Source of the DNA: Shigella phage Ag3
Sequence record: FJ373894
Reading direction: 5' to 3' (one strand)
Length of the DNA: 64,000 nt
The first letter of the stretch is position 1. The number at the start of each line of letters is the position of its first letter. Positions 1 to 8,559 of the stretch are shown here, piece after piece. Made by a program: the position numbers and the translations under genes. Under the pieces are notes generated by a model. That model did not search any database. It had not been told where the DNA came from and saw nothing but the letters and a program-made list of their open reading frames with translations.

Positions 1-72
1 TTAATTTATTTGGTCTAAACATGCACGCGAAATAATATGTATGTCATGTTAACCAACACACGAGAGTAATAT

Positions 73-450
73 ATGAAACAGTTCGTAGGATTATATGCGG
101 TCGGATGCAGTAAGCCAGACGCCATCCTCACCGCAGGGCAATTTGTCACAGGCACCCCAGTTTGTCTGACGCAGCTGGCGTCAGACAAGAACTTACCATC
201 GGAGCCGCGATTTGTCCCTCTGGGTTTGATGACAGGCCTGAAAGTTGGTCTGTATGTCGGTGTGGTGACGTTTGAAAACGGCGTCGAAGCGAAGGTTCTG
301 CCATTCAAATTGGGCAGCGAACAAATGCTGAAGGACACTATCAGTGAACACCTGAACGCACAATGTCTGGTTTCTCTGGACAAATTGTTCGGCGCAGTAT
401 CTGATGAAGGCGAGGCCACCCCCGCCTATGTGAATCAAGATCAGTCGTGA
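73..450 (+). CDS. hypothetical protein (125 aa)
   Basis: ORF track; balanced composition, whereas the overlapping minus ORF 15..419 is S/T/P/R-rich; weak RBS. Confidence 0.35.
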   Translation: MKQFVGLYAVGCSKPDAILTAGQFVTGTPVCLTQLASDKNLPSEPRFVPLGLMTGLKVGLYVGVVTFENGVEAKVLPFKLGSEQMLKDTISEHLNAQCLVSLDKLFGAVSDEGEATPAYVNQDQS

Positions 451-1949
451 TTACCCAGCGCCACCTTCATGAACTCCACAGGGTGGCGCTCTGTCAGGTA
501 GAACTTGTATCGCTCATGAGAGTGCCTGATAGCGTGGTTCGTGCTGGCGTTGTACGACACATCATCCACTAAGTCCCATATCCACGCGACGTCCTTGGAG
601 GAGTGCTGACGCATCAGACGACCCAATGTCTGTATGACGCGGATATATGACTTGCTCGGGTGCGCCAGTACAAGGTGGTGTAGCTTCTTGATTGACACAC
701 CCTGTTGCATTGTCCCGTATGAAGCCAACAACGTGATATCCTCTCCATCCTCCATCGCTTTCTGTATGCGGCGGCGGTCTTCGATCTTCACTTCCCCGTT
801 GATGACAAACACGTTGGGCTTGACTGCGCTCAGCATATCGTACACAACCATCATGTGGGCGTCAATACGCTCGAACATGATGGCCACGTTCCCTTTCAGA
901 TTCAGTGCCATCTTGGCGATCAGTTCGTTGCGGGACTGGTGTGTAATAAGGTATTCTATTTCCTTGGTATAATCCCCGTCCAGACCAACAGCATCCGCCG
1001 GAGTGTGCTTTAGCTGAATCATCTTCACTTTGATGTCAGTGGCGTACCCGAGATTGATAAGGTCGCGAGCCGTGATGATCTTATGGTACGCCCCGAAGTG
1101 AGCCACCACCTGAAGCCCGGCAACTTTGGTGTTCGACAGCGTACCTGTAACCCCCAGGCGCTGGTCGGCGTAGATGCAGTTGTTGAGGATATAGGACAGT
1201 TTCTCAGACTTGGAGGTATGCACTTCATCCACCACGATGTCACCGAACTGGTGGAACCATTCCTTCGGCTGGTCTTGAATGCCCTGCCATGTACTGATGA
1301 CGATTGGTTTGCTGATTTCCTTTGTCGCGCCCTCAAAGATCAACTGAGTGTTGGCAACGGGCTTCCAATCGCTGCCGTGTGCGTACTCTTCAAAGTTGTC
1401 GTACAGCTGAGTGACCAGGTGAATCGACGGCACCACGATAAGCGTCTTCAGAGGACTTTCGAGAGCTTCTCTGCGCTGCCTGTAGTACCGCGCCATGACA
1501 TACAGAATAAAGGACTTACCAGCACTCGTAGCCAGTTCACAGACGCATCTGGTTTGACGCATAGCCTTGGCGATGGTGTCGTACTGATAGTCGCGGGTCT
1601 CAGCATCGATGTATTCGTGATTTTCGGTGCGGATCTTTGGATGGAGACTGTCGATGAAGTCATGGATTTCTTGATCTGGGATGTCCTGAATGTACTTCAG
1701 AGCCGGATCCAGTTCAATGGTGTATTTGTTGTTCTTGCAGAACTTGAACACCTCAAACAGTAGGCCGATATCAATCAGACCGGATGACTTGGTGAACAAG
1801 CGAACAACCCCGTCCCATTTAGAGAAGGGGTTGGGAACGAAGTTCGGGTCTTCGAATTTGAAGTAGTCATTCAGCTCTTCCCTGATAGAAAGATCTGCGA
1901 TGCAACGCATGCGGACTTCGTTAACCTTAACAATCTGAATGTCTGCCAT
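441..1949 (-). CDS. SF2 DNA helicase (UvsW-like)
   Basis: ORF track 441..2063; internal ATG at 1949 preceded by GGGAG; GKS Walker-A-like and VVDEVH motif II. Confidence 0.7.
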   Translation of the reverse strand: MADIQIVKVNEVRMRCIADLSIREELNDYFKFEDPNFVPNPFSKWDGVVRLFTKSSGLIDIGLLFEVFKFCKNNKYTIELDPALKYIQDIPDQEIHDFIDSLHPKIRTENHEYIDAETRDYQYDTIAKAMRQTRCVCELATSAGKSFILYVMARYYRQRREALESPLKTLIVVPSIHLVTQLYDNFEEYAHGSDWKPVANTQLIFEGATKEISKPIVISTWQGIQDQPKEWFHQFGDIVVDEVHTSKSEKLSYILNNCIYADQRLGVTGTLSNTKVAGLQVVAHFGAYHKIITARDLINLGYATDIKVKMIQLKHTPADAVGLDGDYTKEIEYLITHQSRNELIAKMALNLKGNVAIMFERIDAHMMVVYDMLSAVKPNVFVINGEVKIEDRRRIQKAMEDGEDITLLASYGTMQQGVSIKKLHHLVLAHPSKSYIRVIQTLGRLMRQHSSKDVAWIWDLVDDVSYNASTNHAIRHSHERYKFYLTERHPVEFMKVALGNHD

Positions 1950-1966
1950 ACAAAATCTCCCAAGAT

Positions 1967-1981
1967 ATATGGGGTATTTAG
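1967..1981 (-). promoter_or_regulatory. late-promoter-like motif CTAAATACCCCATAT
   Basis: Minus-strand motif about 20 nt upstream of helicase ATG. Confidence 0.35.
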
Positions 1982-2724
1982 CGATCCGGCCAGACTCCGT
2001 TCTGTTCTTTATCCATGCGATGGTACAGACGAACACGCTCAAACATCTTTGCCAGGATGTCATCGCGGTTGAACTCTATGATGGTTGGCGTCAACGATGA
2101 CTCGTTGGCAATCACATTGATGAGGCGGGTGATCTTGACACCGAACATCTGCTGGAACATAACAGAGTACAAGCACAGTTGGATACTGTAGTCCTCGATC
2201 ATTCCCCGCGTCTTCATGGTGTTCGATGTCTTGAAGTCGATGATAGCAGGCTTACCCTCATAAACCCCAATAAGGTCCACTCGACCTGCGAGACCAAGCA
2301 CCTCGCTATATAACGGGATCTCCTGAGCATAGATCTTTGTCATCTTGTTCAGATAGGGGAACAGCTGCTTGAACATGAACATGTATTCGCCAGCCGCTTC
2401 CAACACTTCTTTCATTGGGCGGTTCTTCAAATACAGTTCACATGCAAGGTGCAGCTTCTCCCCTCGGTCAGCGCAACGCATGGTCTCAAGGTCGGCGGCC
2501 TCTGCACCCAGCTTCTCCCTCCAAGCCTCAAGCCATTCATGATCACCAGTACGCCCCAGCATCGTCGTTACAGACGTCAGCTTGACACCAGTTGGTGACA
2601 CATAATGACGACCGTTCTCCGTCGTCACACACTCCAGTTCCTTATGAGGAAGTTCGTACTGCTGGAATGTGTAATGACGATTTTCGAAGTCGTTCAGCTT
2701 GCGCAGGGCTTGGAGAGATGCCAT
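1978..2724 (-). CDS. PD-(D/E)XK nuclease (RecB/Cas4-like)
   Basis: ORF track 1978..2802; ATG at 2724 overlaps upstream stop (ATGA); motifs GRVDLIG, IIDFKTS, QLCLY. Confidence 0.6.
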   Translation of the reverse strand: MASLQALRKLNDFENRHYTFQQYELPHKELECVTTENGRHYVSPTGVKLTSVTTMLGRTGDHEWLEAWREKLGAEAADLETMRCADRGEKLHLACELYLKNRPMKEVLEAAGEYMFMFKQLFPYLNKMTKIYAQEIPLYSEVLGLAGRVDLIGVYEGKPAIIDFKTSNTMKTRGMIEDYSIQLCLYSVMFQQMFGVKITRLINVIANESSLTPTIIEFNRDDILAKMFERVRLYHRMDKEQNGVWPDR

Positions 2725-3176
2725 CAGGAACCATCCATATATTTTCGCCAATCGATGGCATTCTTCACTTCGTATCCCAGCTTGTTCAGGCGATCCAAAC
2801 AAGTCTCGATGAACTTGACTTTTGCTTTTTGTTCTTGTAACAGAACAGACAGTTCTACATAGTCATCGTCGGCTTTGACCCATGTGTCCAGGTCAGACTT
2901 CAGGGGGCGAACCTTCAGGGGGCGCTCTGCGTAGATGTTCGGGGGTAACTCCCCTGCGTAGTAGCGGCGCAGATAGAGATCGATCTGGCGGAAGCGCCCG
3001 TTGAGGAATTCAAGATAACGCCCCTCACGCAGATAATGCCGTTGTACGGCCATCCAAGAGCGCCCGATTTTCAGTGAGATCTGGTCAAGGTTCATGTCTT
3101 CTGGGTCCACTGTAATCAGCGGCTCCAGTTCGTTCATGATGTCCTCGGTTGCCATTGTCTGTAGTTGTTCTTTCAT
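2724..3176 (-). CDS. hypothetical protein (150 aa)
   Basis: ORF track; tightly packed in minus-strand operon. Confidence 0.5.
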   Translation of the reverse strand: MKEQLQTMATEDIMNELEPLITVDPEDMNLDQISLKIGRSWMAVQRHYLREGRYLEFLNGRFRQIDLYLRRYYAGELPPNIYAERPLKVRPLKSDLDTWVKADDDYVELSVLLQEQKAKVKFIETCLDRLNKLGYEVKNAIDWRKYMDGS

Positions 3177-3218
3177 AAAATATCCCAGCTTGTCAATGTC
3201 ATAGAATTATACCGTATT

Positions 3219-3719
3219 TCATGGATTAGAATCAATCACCTTCCCACCAGATAGTGGGACCAGCTGCTGGAACTTGAACGTCACTGTCGTCACCAGCTGA
3301 GGTACAGCCGCATCCACGTCCACCAGTACGTTGTCCAGAGCAGTCGGACGGGCTTCCTCCAGCACGAGAGTGAGGCCAATCGGTCGGTTGAGGTTATCCA
3401 GTAATTCAATGGTAATGTCCTTGGAGACAGCCAAATCCTTGCCGACGTTGCTGGTGATCCATTGGTGGATCTGTAACCATGATTTCCAGTCCTCGTCTAT
3501 AACGAAAGTAAATACGACGGGATCATAGGTTAAACGTTCTGAAGGGATAGAAACCAGTACGTCGCCAGGAGACGGACCATCGATGCCTTCAGAGTATACT
3601 CCTGGTATACTGAAGTCGTGGATGTTACGGGTTAGGAGTACAAGGTCTCCGATAGTCAGACGCCACTTATCGGACGCCGCGAAATTAGGGTTTTCGTTCT
3701 TGAATTGTACGTCGGACAT
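3219..3719 (-). CDS. hypothetical protein (166 aa)
   Basis: ORF track. Confidence 0.5.
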   Translation of the reverse strand: MSDVQFKNENPNFAASDKWRLTIGDLVLLTRNIHDFSIPGVYSEGIDGPSPGDVLVSIPSERLTYDPVVFTFVIDEDWKSWLQIHQWITSNVGKDLAVSKDITIELLDNLNRPIGLTLVLEEARPTALDNVLVDVDAAVPQLVTTVTFKFQQLVPLSGGKVIDSNP

Positions 3720-3757
3720 AATAGCACCTTTTGCTGTGGAGATATTTTGTGACCCTG

Positions 3758-4399
3758 ATGCGCGGGATCAGTAGATTGTTGTTGGCATGCGCGATGCTCT
3801 TGCTTACGAGCTGTCGCATCTTTGTCACGCCAATAATTTCTGTTTCCGAACTCTGGAACCCAGAAGTACGCACCGTACCCGTGACGTTGTCGGCCAGTGT
3901 TCCTACTTGTAACAAGGGTATGCTGGACATCATCGTGCAAGAGTTCCAGACCTTTCAGAAGCTCGTGCCTTTGGGTTGCTTCGAGGAGAACACGAGCACC
4001 CTCAAGCCATACTGGAAGACCACGATTCCCCTCCTGCGTCGTGGCGATGAAGGGAAGATTCCATACCTATCAGCAAGTATTTATTACTCTCAGAACAACA
4101 GCATCATCATCACTTTTAATCCATCATTCTACGCCAAGCTGAAGCAACACATGGTTGGGCGACTGAGTGAAACGTCGGATATAATCGTGACGTTCAAGAT
4201 CATGAATGACTCAGACAAGCCAGTACGAATCGCAACTCAGGGTGTGTTTGTCAACAACGATGCTGTTGGGAATGAGATGAACATCTTCGAAGTTAACCCA
4301 GGGGGGACGATCTGGATTAGACTGAGTAATGTGGGTGTGAACTCCCTACTGTTGGATGGCATCGAACCAGTGGGAGTTCTTCCGGCGCGGGAGCGCTGA
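3758..4399 (+). CDS. putative lipoprotein
   Basis: ORF track 3731..4399 (TTG); ATG at 3758 gives MRGISRLLLACAMLLLTSC with lipobox-like LTSC. Confidence 0.45.
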   Translation: MRGISRLLLACAMLLLTSCRIFVTPIISVSELWNPEVRTVPVTLSASVPTCNKGMLDIIVQEFQTFQKLVPLGCFEENTSTLKPYWKTTIPLLRRGDEGKIPYLSASIYYSQNNSIIITFNPSFYAKLKQHMVGRLSETSDIIVTFKIMNDSDKPVRIATQGVFVNNDAVGNEMNIFEVNPGGTIWIRLSNVGVNSLLLDGIEPVGVLPARER

Positions 4400-4400
4400 A

Positions 4401-5129
4401 TTACTTCAGCGCGCTCTTCAGATTATCAGAACCGATGTTGTTGATAACGCCACCAGCACACAGGTCTTTAGCCCACTCAGACAGTACATTGGCGAACGAG
4501 AAGTTCAGACACTTGCTGACCATGTCTTGGATGTGGGCTAACTCTGAGGCAATACCATTGGCGATATCCTGACCGATTTGCGCCACCTGAGCAATAGCAT
4601 CGTTGATGTATCCGGTAACTTCGGCGGCCAGCGCCTGGATCTTTGCCAGGCCAGCGCTCACACCCTGCGCAACTAACTCAGCCAGTTCGGCCATCTTGGC
4701 AGTAACAGTGCTGAGAGCGCCCTCCATAGCCCCGATCCACTGGCGCCCAAGAGTCTGTATGACGCCGAAGGCATTGTTGATCAGATCACAGTTGGTCGGC
4801 TCGCGCTCGATTGACTTCAGGCCAGATTTGTACGACACGGAAGTCCCGATGCGGGAATACGCTTCGTTCACAGTCTGATCACCATAGTTGTTCAGTGTGG
4901 TGAGGCTGGTGTCGGCAGAGGTGAACATCGTGTTCGTTTCATTGAGTTTGGCTGTGGTTAGACCACCTGCCGTCAGAGCGCCCTGGATTTGCGTATTTCC
5001 GGTGTTTGCCAGTGCAGCTGTAGTCGCCTTGCCGCTGGTGATTAAACCCTGAGACGTGCTGCTGAGGGACGGGAGAGGATTGTTAAATGCGTTACCCTGC
5101 TCAAGGGCGTCATAGATCTGTGCGTTCAT
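4401..5129 (-). CDS. hypothetical protein, possible virion protein
   Basis: ORF track 4401..5144; two in-frame ATGs (5144, 5129); CTAAATA motif and hairpin just upstream. Confidence 0.5.
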   Translation of the reverse strand: MNAQIYDALEQGNAFNNPLPSLSSTSQGLITSGKATTAALANTGNTQIQGALTAGGLTTAKLNETNTMFTSADTSLTTLNNYGDQTVNEAYSRIGTSVSYKSGLKSIEREPTNCDLINNAFGVIQTLGRQWIGAMEGALSTVTAKMAELAELVAQGVSAGLAKIQALAAEVTGYINDAIAQVAQIGQDIANGIASELAHIQDMVSKCLNFSFANVLSEWAKDLCAGGVINNIGSDNLKSALK

Positions 5130-5130
5130 A

Positions 5131-5163
5131 GAAAATACCCCCATGGATGATGGGGGTATTTAG
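5131..5163 (-). promoter_or_regulatory. CTAAATACCCCC motif within an inverted repeat upstream of 4401..5129
   Basis: Arms AAATACCCCC / GGGGGTATTT around ATGGATGAT loop. Confidence 0.4.
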
Positions 5164-5167
5164 GTGA

Positions 5168-5335
5168 TCATGGCAGTTTGTAAACGAAGTTGGACCAGAA
5201 CTTCCGAGCGAACTTCTTGGCATAGACCTTCCAGTCGGCGTATTCGCCCTCCTTCAGGTCGTTGTAGGTCTCGAACCCTACTGCTCCCAGGAAGTACGCC
5301 GTGAAGATATAGCAGAACAGATTGACGACAAACAT
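5168..5335 (-). CDS. small hydrophobic protein (55 aa)
   Basis: Manually translated MFVVNLFCYIFTAYFLGAVGF...; GGAG RBS; below ORF-track length cutoff. Confidence 0.35.
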   Translation of the reverse strand: MFVVNLFCYIFTAYFLGAVGFETYNDLKEGEYADWKVYAKKFARKFWSNFVYKLP

Positions 5336-5376
5336 GATGTATCTCCGCTGTGTGAACTCAAATTATTTATGGTATG

Positions 5377-5799
5377 TTACAAAAGGCGCTTGGTCTTCGG
5401 CTTGCCCATCAGTGTGATGTCCACAGGGAGGCCAGCTTTCTTGCAACGGTTGATCATGTCCAGGGTGCCAGTGGACGAACCATCCCACATCGCAATCGGA
5501 TACACTTCCAGCTTGGTCTGCCTGACGAGATCCAATGCCTTGTCTAACATGTCCTGATTGCGTTTGTTGCCCATCCCTTTCCCATACTTTTCATAATAGC
5601 TCGGAGGGATTGGCATAGGAGTGATATGAACATAATTGATTTCAGCCCAATCACGGCAAATCGTGTCGACACCCGTGGCCTCACCCTCGATCAACGTATA
5701 GACTTCATGAGGATCGAGGAGTTCGTCCAGCTTGGCGAATACCTTATCCCGCTCGGTGATTGAGCGGGAACCTGTAACGAGTACGATATATTTCTTCAT
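5377..5799 (-). CDS. SLOG-fold protein (DprA/LOG-like, DUF2493-type)
   Basis: Internal start MKKYIVLVTGSRS; motifs VLVTGSR and EGEATGVDTICRDWA. Confidence 0.5.
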   Translation of the reverse strand: MKKYIVLVTGSRSITERDKVFAKLDELLDPHEVYTLIEGEATGVDTICRDWAEINYVHITPMPIPPSYYEKYGKGMGNKRNQDMLDKALDLVRQTKLEVYPIAMWDGSSTGTLDMINRCKKAGLPVDITLMGKPKTKRLL

Positions 5800-5804
5800 G
5801 GAAC

Positions 5805-6125
5805 TCACAGCGCCCCAAGATTGCCGATGACATACAGGGAGCACAGAGGAGTGCCTGACGAACGGGGTTCGATTGTCATCCCGCTCAGGCGGATCAGTTC
5901 CAGTAAGCCGTCAGTGGTTTGATACGCGCGTGTCGAACCGTTCGGGCGATAAAGCTCCAGCTCGGTTCTTCCTTCCTTTAATGCATTACGGATACGAGCG
6001 AACACACTGTGGTCGCCGAACTTCTGTTTCAGAAGGTCCAGCTTGGTGACCAGTCGACGACGCGATTTGCGCGCACGAGGGTTCTCTTTTACGACCGCTT
6101 CTAAAATTGGGATGCTGTTAGCCAT
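5805..6125 (-). CDS. hypothetical protein (106 aa)
   Basis: ORF track. Confidence 0.45.
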   Translation of the reverse strand: MANSIPILEAVVKENPRARKSRRRLVTKLDLLKQKFGDHSVFARIRNALKEGRTELELYRPNGSTRAYQTTDGLLELIRLSGMTIEPRSSGTPLCSLYVIGNLGAL

Positions 6126-6184
6126 GATAAAGTCCTCTATTTGTAGGGGATAGGGTATGCGGTTAACATACCCCGTTCAAAGGT

Positions 6185-6466
6185 TTAGAACAAATGCTCG
6201 CCTTCCACATGGTATGCTAACACGCCGTCAGAACATTCAAAATACATGTTATCATATTCCCACAGAGCGGTGATTTCTTCACCCTGGCAAACTACCGAAA
6301 ACTTCGGCTGGCTGGCCTTAACTGGAAATTTTTCAGGGGAAGAGATTGGGGTGAATTTGGCATTTCTGACGGCCATACCAACAAATTGCTGCAATGTTAC
6401 TTTGTAACGAGAGTGGGTGATAGTACCAGCATTCAGAGCTTCGATCAATTGCGCTTTAGTTGTCAT
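6185..6466 (-). CDS. hypothetical protein (93 aa)
   Basis: ORF track. Confidence 0.45.
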   Translation of the reverse strand: MTTKAQLIEALNAGTITHSRYKVTLQQFVGMAVRNAKFTPISSPEKFPVKASQPKFSVVCQGEEITALWEYDNMYFECSDGVLAYHVEGEHLF

Positions 6467-6519
6467 GATATAGTTCCTTCATTTCAGAGTCAGTGTCGTA
6501 CTGCTTATGGAATGAAGTA

Positions 6520-6567
6520 TACGGGGTTTATTGAAGAAGTAAACCCCGTATTCAACTTTTTATTGAA
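6520..6567 (-). promoter_or_regulatory. 11-bp stem hairpin with TTCTTCAATAAA in loop/stem, plus second TTCAATAAA copy
   Basis: TACGGGGTTTA / TAAACCCCGTA stem; second half-site at 6559..6567. Confidence 0.4.
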
Positions 6568-6568
6568 T

Positions 6569-6805
6569 TTATTTAAAACGGTCAGGAAGGGTGTCGTGCA
6601 GTTCAGCTGACAGCACCAAGAACTTACCATCCGTCGTTGGGAAGCAATAGTCTTTATTGATGTGACGCAAGTGTTCAGCTACAGCTGCCACGCAGTCATC
6701 TGTCACGTCGGTCTTCTCACCAACCCACATGCTGGTTTTGGTGTTCAGCCTACCCTGGAATATAGTACCAGTCAGAGGGCTTGCGCCGATCTTTTTGATA
6801 ATCAT
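6569..6805 (-). CDS. hypothetical protein (78 aa)
   Basis: ORF track. Confidence 0.45.
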   Translation of the reverse strand: MIIKKIGASPLTGTIFQGRLNTKTSMWVGEKTDVTDDCVAAVAEHLRHINKDYCFPTTDGKFLVLSAELHDTLPDRFK

Positions 6806-6813
6806 GTTTGACC

Positions 6814-7254
6814 TCAGTTAATGCGGAACAGATGTGGATAACCACCAGGATGACCCTGACCCGTAACGAACACGTCGAACTTCGAACCCTTGATCAGGCC
6901 AGGCAGATTGCCAGAGTCCAGCAGTTCTCGGATCTGATCCATCGCCAGCATCCAGTTCTTAGCAGGTTCAGCTTCAGCCTCTCCACGATTGAGGACGAGT
7001 TCACCTTCAGAATAATACTTCCCGCTGTCCTTCATGTAGTACAGCTTGATATGGATATACTGAGGGGATGGGACCAAACGCCAGCCGTCATCAATCAGAT
7101 CCTGGCGATCATTATCCAGGGACTGGTAATCGATCTCACCAGACGCCAGACCATAGCTGCGCATGTAGCGGAACTTCTCAACACGGTCTTTCACGTCAGA
7201 GATGAAGAACTCCTTCGTGGCAGGACTGATGAAAATGTATTTCTCTTTTGACAT
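6814..7254 (-). CDS. hypothetical protein (146 aa)
   Basis: ORF track. Confidence 0.5.
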   Translation of the reverse strand: MSKEKYIFISPATKEFFISDVKDRVEKFRYMRSYGLASGEIDYQSLDNDRQDLIDDGWRLVPSPQYIHIKLYYMKDSGKYYSEGELVLNRGEAEAEPAKNWMLAMDQIRELLDSGNLPGLIKGSKFDVFVTGQGHPGGYPHLFRIN

Positions 7255-7266
7255 GATATAGATCCT

Positions 7267-7524
7267 TCAGTTCAAAATGGGATGTTCGTCGATATCGGAC
7301 TGCGTTGCAATCTCCCAGCGGACGATGTTCTCGGTTGTGATGAAATCACGGTTCAGGTGAGAGGCTGGCACATACACCATCGTGTCGACCATGAAGTAAC
7401 GCTGCTCGTTGTTCCAGGAGTCAACGTAAGCCTCAATGAGGCATACTTCGATCACTTCGCCTTTCGGCTTCTTCACAGTCTTTTTCAGGTACATGACGCA
7501 GCCCTCGGATAGTAGACGGGGCAA
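7267..7524 (-). CDS. hypothetical protein (85 aa)
   Basis: ORF track. Confidence 0.45.
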   Translation of the reverse strand: MPRLLSEGCVMYLKKTVKKPKGEVIEVCLIEAYVDSWNNEQRYFMVDTMVYVPASHLNRDFITTENIVRWEIATQSDIDEHPILN

Positions 7525-7554
7525 TAATACCTCTCGCCCCGTTATTGAAAACTG

Positions 7555-7797
7555 TTATCCTTCTTGTTCTTCCCAACCCCATTCATCTTCCCAAGACTGG
7601 CGAGGGGTCTTGCCCGCTTCGTAATCATCACGCCATGCGTCGGCGTCGGCGGCTGAACCACCCTGGCTTTTCGCGACTTTGCACAATACGTCGTGCCACT
7701 CACGGAAGGTGGAGTTGGCGACTGTGGTGTTTACAGAATCTTCTTTCAGGCTCATTGTGATTTCCTCGATTAATAGAGAGGGTAATAATACCCTCAT
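7555..7797 (-). CDS. hypothetical acidic protein (80 aa)
   Basis: ORF track. Confidence 0.4.
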   Translation of the reverse strand: MRVLLPSLLIEEITMSLKEDSVNTTVANSTFREWHDVLCKVAKSQGGSAADADAWRDDYEAGKTPRQSWEDEWGWEEQEG

Positions 7798-7814
7798 GCA
7801 ATCTTTGAAACTCT

Positions 7815-8147
7815 TTATCCAGCCAAAGTCATATTCTGGGAACCAACCCCATCTTCACATTCTGGATGACATGAAGTGCCCAGTTTTTCATGGATTACAT
7901 CCAGATGGGTAAAGATAGCGTCGATGATATCGTCTTGGTCAGACTGGACGTCAATCACCAAGCCGACCAGACCAGGCGCGGCCATTTCTTTATCTTCACC
8001 TTTCTGAGTGGTTGGGTAATCACCGTCGAGTTGGATACGGATGTTTCTGATATTGGTGAGGAGGTTGCACAAACGCTCTTTATGAGAACGAGCATTGACC
8101 AGAATTTGGGACACGGATTGTGTTGGTGATACGAGGTTACTTGACAT
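7815..8147 (-). CDS. hypothetical protein
   Basis: ORF track 7815..8189; ATG at 8147 preceded by AGGAG. Confidence 0.45.
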   Translation of the reverse strand: MSSNLVSPTQSVSQILVNARSHKERLCNLLTNIRNIRIQLDGDYPTTQKGEDKEMAAPGLVGLVIDVQSDQDDIIDAIFTHLDVIHEKLGTSCHPECEDGVGSQNMTLAG

Positions 8148-8239
8148 GATTTGTACTCCTGTTGTATGGTTGACTGTACAAGCATACAACAGGCAGGTGT
8201 ATTGAACAACGCGGGTATTAAATCGACACGATAAAGGAA

Positions 8240-8479
8240 TTAACTCGGAATGTGTCTAGCGATCTTCTTGTTGATGTCGTCTAGCAGAATACTCATCGTA
8301 TCTTTGTAGACCTCTACAGCCAATATCGATTTGGAATTCATGAATGAGCTGAAGATACCAGATTTCAAACGCCTCAACTCCTTTTCCGCTTCTTCAATCT
8401 GTCCCATGATGTATTTCTTCGCGCCCTGTAGCTCTATAGCACGGATGTCTATTTCTTTATCGTTCATGATGGCCTCCAA
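8240..8479 (-). CDS. hypothetical protein (79 aa)
   Basis: ORF track; GGAGG RBS; directly downstream of capsid-gene terminator. Confidence 0.45.
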   Translation of the reverse strand: MEAIMNDKEIDIRAIELQGAKKYIMGQIEEAEKELRRLKSGIFSSFMNSKSILAVEVYKDTMSILLDDINKKIARHIPS

Positions 8480-8513
8480 TTAGTTTGGCACATCATATAG
8501 CGAATCCCCATAA

Positions 8514-8541
8514 TGAAAAACCCCGCCGAAGCGGGGTTTTG
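8514..8541 (-). terminator. rho-independent terminator after capsid gene
   Basis: Minus-strand CCCCGCTTCGGCGGGG followed by TTTTT. Confidence 0.7.
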
Positions 8542-8559
8542 TAGGACCAGCCTGTTGGA

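Noticed and set aside
15-419. 134-aa minus-strand ORF at the window start
   Set aside because: S/T/P/R-rich low-complexity translation; the overlapping plus-strand ORF looks more protein-like.
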